Made by a program: the position numbers and the translations under genes. Shown here piece by piece: positions 24,734-27,093 of a stretch of DNA of 27,093 bases (within the stretch, counting starts at the first letter, position 1; the number at the start of each line of letters is the position of its first letter). Origin of the DNA: Candidatus Heimdallarchaeota archaeon (lineage in GTDB: Archaea > Asgardarchaeota > Heimdallarchaeia > JABLTI01); contig JAUWKS010000044.1 of the NCBI GenBank assembly GCA_030614005.1, forward strand, positions 1 to 27,093, given 5' to 3'. The notes beneath the pieces were generated by a model. It was not told the DNA's origin. It worked only from the letters and a program-made list of their open reading frames with translations, and searched no databases.

Positions 24734-26050
24734 ATGACCTATAACATTGGCATTCGTCGAGAAACAAAACATGGTGAACGAAGAACTCCACTTGTACCAA
24801 GTGCAGTTACTTTATTGAAAGAAAAATACGATATTCAGACAATTTTGCAACCACATGCTACTAGAGCTTTTTCTGATGAAGAGTACGAAAAAGCAGGTGG
24901 AATACTCAAAGAAGATCTCTCTGAATGCCCTGTTATTTTTGGCATTAAAGAAATGGAAACTGATATTTTCACCAAAGGCGGCGCTTACATGTGTTTCCAT
25001 CATGTAATCAAAGGGCAAAAGGATAACATGCCTATGTTAAAGTATCTTATGGATACTGGTTGTACAATATTTGATTATGAGAAAGTGATTGATGATAAAA
25101 ATCGACGTTTAATCTTCTTTGGTCGTCATGCTGGTTATGCTGGTATGATTGATACCTTACATGGATTTGGTTTGCGCTTACAAGCAGAAGGTTTTGATAC
25201 TCCTTTTCTCAAAATCAAACAAGCTGGTAATTATTTTGATTTGAATGAAGCAAAAGAGGAAATTGCTAAAGTCAAAGTATTAATTGAAAATGATGGTTTA
25301 CCTGAAGAATTATGTCCGGTTGTTTTTGGTTTCCTCGGATATGGCAATGTTTCTCAAGGTGCACAATCTATACTTGAGATTCTTCCTGTCAAGGAAATTG
25401 CTCCTGAAGATTTAGCCAAAGTGGTTGAAAACCCCGATTTAGATGAATGTAAGAAAGTTATCTATAAAGTAGTCTTCAAAGAAGAGCATATGGTTAAACC
25501 AATTGGTGACCACAAATTCGAATTACAAGATTATTATAAGCATCCTGAGAAATATGAAGGCGTTTTTTCAGAGAATTATTTACGATATCTTACTGTAATC
25601 GTTAATGGAGCTTATTGGTCTGCTAAATATCCCAAGTCTGTTACTAAACAAGAATTGAAAGAGTTATTTAGTGGTGATTCTCCTCCTCGCTTACGGTTTG
25701 TCGGTGATATCAGTTGTGATATAGAAGGTGGTTTCGAGGGTACACTACGTATTTCCTACATAGACCGACCATTCTATGTTTTTGATCCATTCAAGAACAC
25801 GGCAACAGATGGTATAAAAGGAAAAGGACCAGCTATTTTAGCCATTGACCATTTGCCTACAGAAATACCTCGAGATGCTTCTGAATATTTCAGTGAGAGA
25901 TTAATGACTTTTGTTCCGGAAATAGCAAAAGCAGATTTCACCGGTTCTTTTGCTGATGTGAAATTGTCTGACGATGTTAAAAGATCGGTTATTCTTTGGC
26001 AAGGTAAATTCACTGAACCATTCGAGTATATTGCTGACTTTCAAAAATAG
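24734..26050 (+). CDS. lysine-ketoglutarate reductase / saccharopine dehydrogenase (AlaDH/PNT fold; AASS N-terminal half homologue)
   Basis: IGIRRETKHGERRTPLVP, FHHVIKGQKDNMPML, DYEKVIDD...RLIFFGRHAGYAG, GDISCDIEG and IDHLPTEIPRDASEYF. Confidence 0.9.
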   Translation: MTYNIGIRRETKHGERRTPLVPSAVTLLKEKYDIQTILQPHATRAFSDEEYEKAGGILKEDLSECPVIFGIKEMETDIFTKGGAYMCFHHVIKGQKDNMPMLKYLMDTGCTIFDYEKVIDDKNRRLIFFGRHAGYAGMIDTLHGFGLRLQAEGFDTPFLKIKQAGNYFDLNEAKEEIAKVKVLIENDGLPEELCPVVFGFLGYGNVSQGAQSILEILPVKEIAPEDLAKVVENPDLDECKKVIYKVVFKEEHMVKPIGDHKFELQDYYKHPEKYEGVFSENYLRYLTVIVNGAYWSAKYPKSVTKQELKELFSGDSPPRLRFVGDISCDIEGGFEGTLRISYIDRPFYVFDPFKNTATDGIKGKGPAILAIDHLPTEIPRDASEYFSERLMTFVPEIAKADFTGSFADVKLSDDVKRSVILWQGKFTEPFEYIADFQK

Positions 26051-26085
26051 GAAGGGATGATTTCTCATCTCTTTTTTCTTACTTT

Positions 26086-26442
26086 CTATTCTAATCCTGC
26101 TAATTTCTTTATTGCTTTCCAGTCTGTTTGTTCTTTCTTAGTTGCTGGATTCAAAATAAAATAATCTAATTCACTACTTCCTCTGTAGTTCCCATCTAAA
26201 ACAACTGCATTTTCTCCAAATGCTCTCCACGTTTTTCTAATTTCCTCTGCTGTTTTTGCTTTTTTTCTATTCTCTTCTAATGACTCTCTTACCCACCTTC
26301 GAGCAAATTCAACAGCTAGATCCTTTGTTGGGAATCCCTCTATGAGATAATCTTCTTCAGGATCCATATGAAAATTGTCGATTATTAGTACTGTAAAACT
26401 TTCCTTCTTACTCATAAGATTAGTTTCTTCAGTAATATTCAT
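26086..26442 (-). CDS. conserved hypothetical protein
   Basis: 118-aa ORF with protein-like pattern DNFHMD...GFPTKDLAVEFARRWVRESLEE. Confidence 0.65.
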   Translation of the reverse strand: MNITEETNLMSKKESFTVLIIDNFHMDPEEDYLIEGFPTKDLAVEFARRWVRESLEENRKKAKTAEEIRKTWRAFGENAVVLDGNYRGSSELDYFILNPATKKEQTDWKAIKKLAGLE

Positions 26443-26611
26443 TAAAGTTTTGAGAAAGGATTCTTTTATTGAATATTATTTCTTTCTAAATTTCTTCCAA
26501 GAATTTTATTAACCTTGAATGTCTATATGGATAAATAACAAATATTTATTTAGGAATCAATTTATTTAACTTAAAGCTTAGACGAATTAAACTGAAAGGA
26601 ACTGATTGATT

Positions 26612-27093
26612 ATGAAAAAAGTAGTAGTTTTTGGTGCCGGTTTAGTATCAAAACCAGGTATAAGATATTTACTTGATAACGAATTTCAGGTGACAGTTGC
26701 TTCTCGAACAGTTAGCAAAGCTGAAGCAATTGTTGACAAGCATCCAAATGGTAAAGCTTTAGCCTTTGATATTACTAAAGATTCGCTGGAAGATTCAGGC
26801 TTAATCCAAGGTCATGATTTAGCTGTAAGCTTGTTACCTTATGCTTTTCATCCTGAAGTTGCGAAAGCATGTATTAAACATGGAAAACTCATGGCAACCA
26901 CTTCCTATGTAAGTGACGCTATGAAAGCTTTAGATGAAGATGCCAAGAAAGCTGGAATCCTTATCATGAATGAGTGTGGTGTTGACCCAGGTACAGATCA
27001 TATGAGTGCTATGAAGATCATTCATAGTGTTCAGAAGAAGGGTGGAAAAGTAACCAGTTTTAAATCAATAACTGGTGGTCTTCCTGCTCCTGA
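26612..27093 (+). CDS. saccharopine dehydrogenase (glutamate-forming; Lys9/AASS C-terminal half homologue), 3' truncated by window
   Basis: Not in the ORF track. MKKVVVFGAGLVS Rossmann motif, VSLLPYAFH, TTSYVS, NECGVDPGTDHMSAM and SITGGLPAP. Confidence 0.9.
   Translation, partial: MKKVVVFGAGLVSKPGIRYLLDNEFQVTVASRTVSKAEAIVDKHPNGKALAFDITKDSLEDSGLIQGHDLAVSLLPYAFHPEVAKACIKHGKLMATTSYVSDAMKALDEDAKKAGILIMNECGVDPGTDHMSAMKIIHSVQKKGGKVTSFKSITGGLPAP

Noticed and set aside
287-25018. Short antisense or overlapping ORFs in the track (e.g. 287-469, 1402-1611, 4902-5111, 5339-5560, 8338-8532, 9781-9987, 13001-13282, 19396-19779, 23335-23715, 24812-25018)
   Set aside because: They are shadows of longer genes with recognisable motifs, or lack any protein-like pattern.

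Overview
AT-rich prokaryotic window, most likely archaeal and possibly Asgard. The archaeal call rests on a tRNA-Tyr remnant with a bulge-helix-bulge (BHB) intron and the archaeal/eukaryal G72/A73 end; the Asgard guess is inference from gene style only. Bases ~1-23,300 are an accessory/defence region with no integrase visible. It holds three HEPN/Abi-like genes, a DUF3626-like (ADP-ribosyltransferase-like) gene coupled to a degenerate acyl-CoA ligase fusion, a DUF4062-STAND-TPR protein, an orphan ParB, small zinc-ribbon ORFs, surface proteins, an APH-family kinase, an Imm5-like gene and several pseudogenes. Five same-strand copies of the 3' end of tRNA-Tyr punctuate the region (4901, 21289, 21472, 22534, 23276). 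Two are identical over 23 bp and bracket 16.4 kb; the other three decay progressively and delimit single-gene cassettes. A duplicated ~180-bp structured element (1081, 10436) shows stem covariation, and its second copy has an Abi/HEPN-like gene inserted between 7-bp direct repeats. The right end returns to core metabolism, with split lysine-ketoglutarate reductase and saccharopine dehydrogenase genes. All family assignments come from motif reading; no searches were run.
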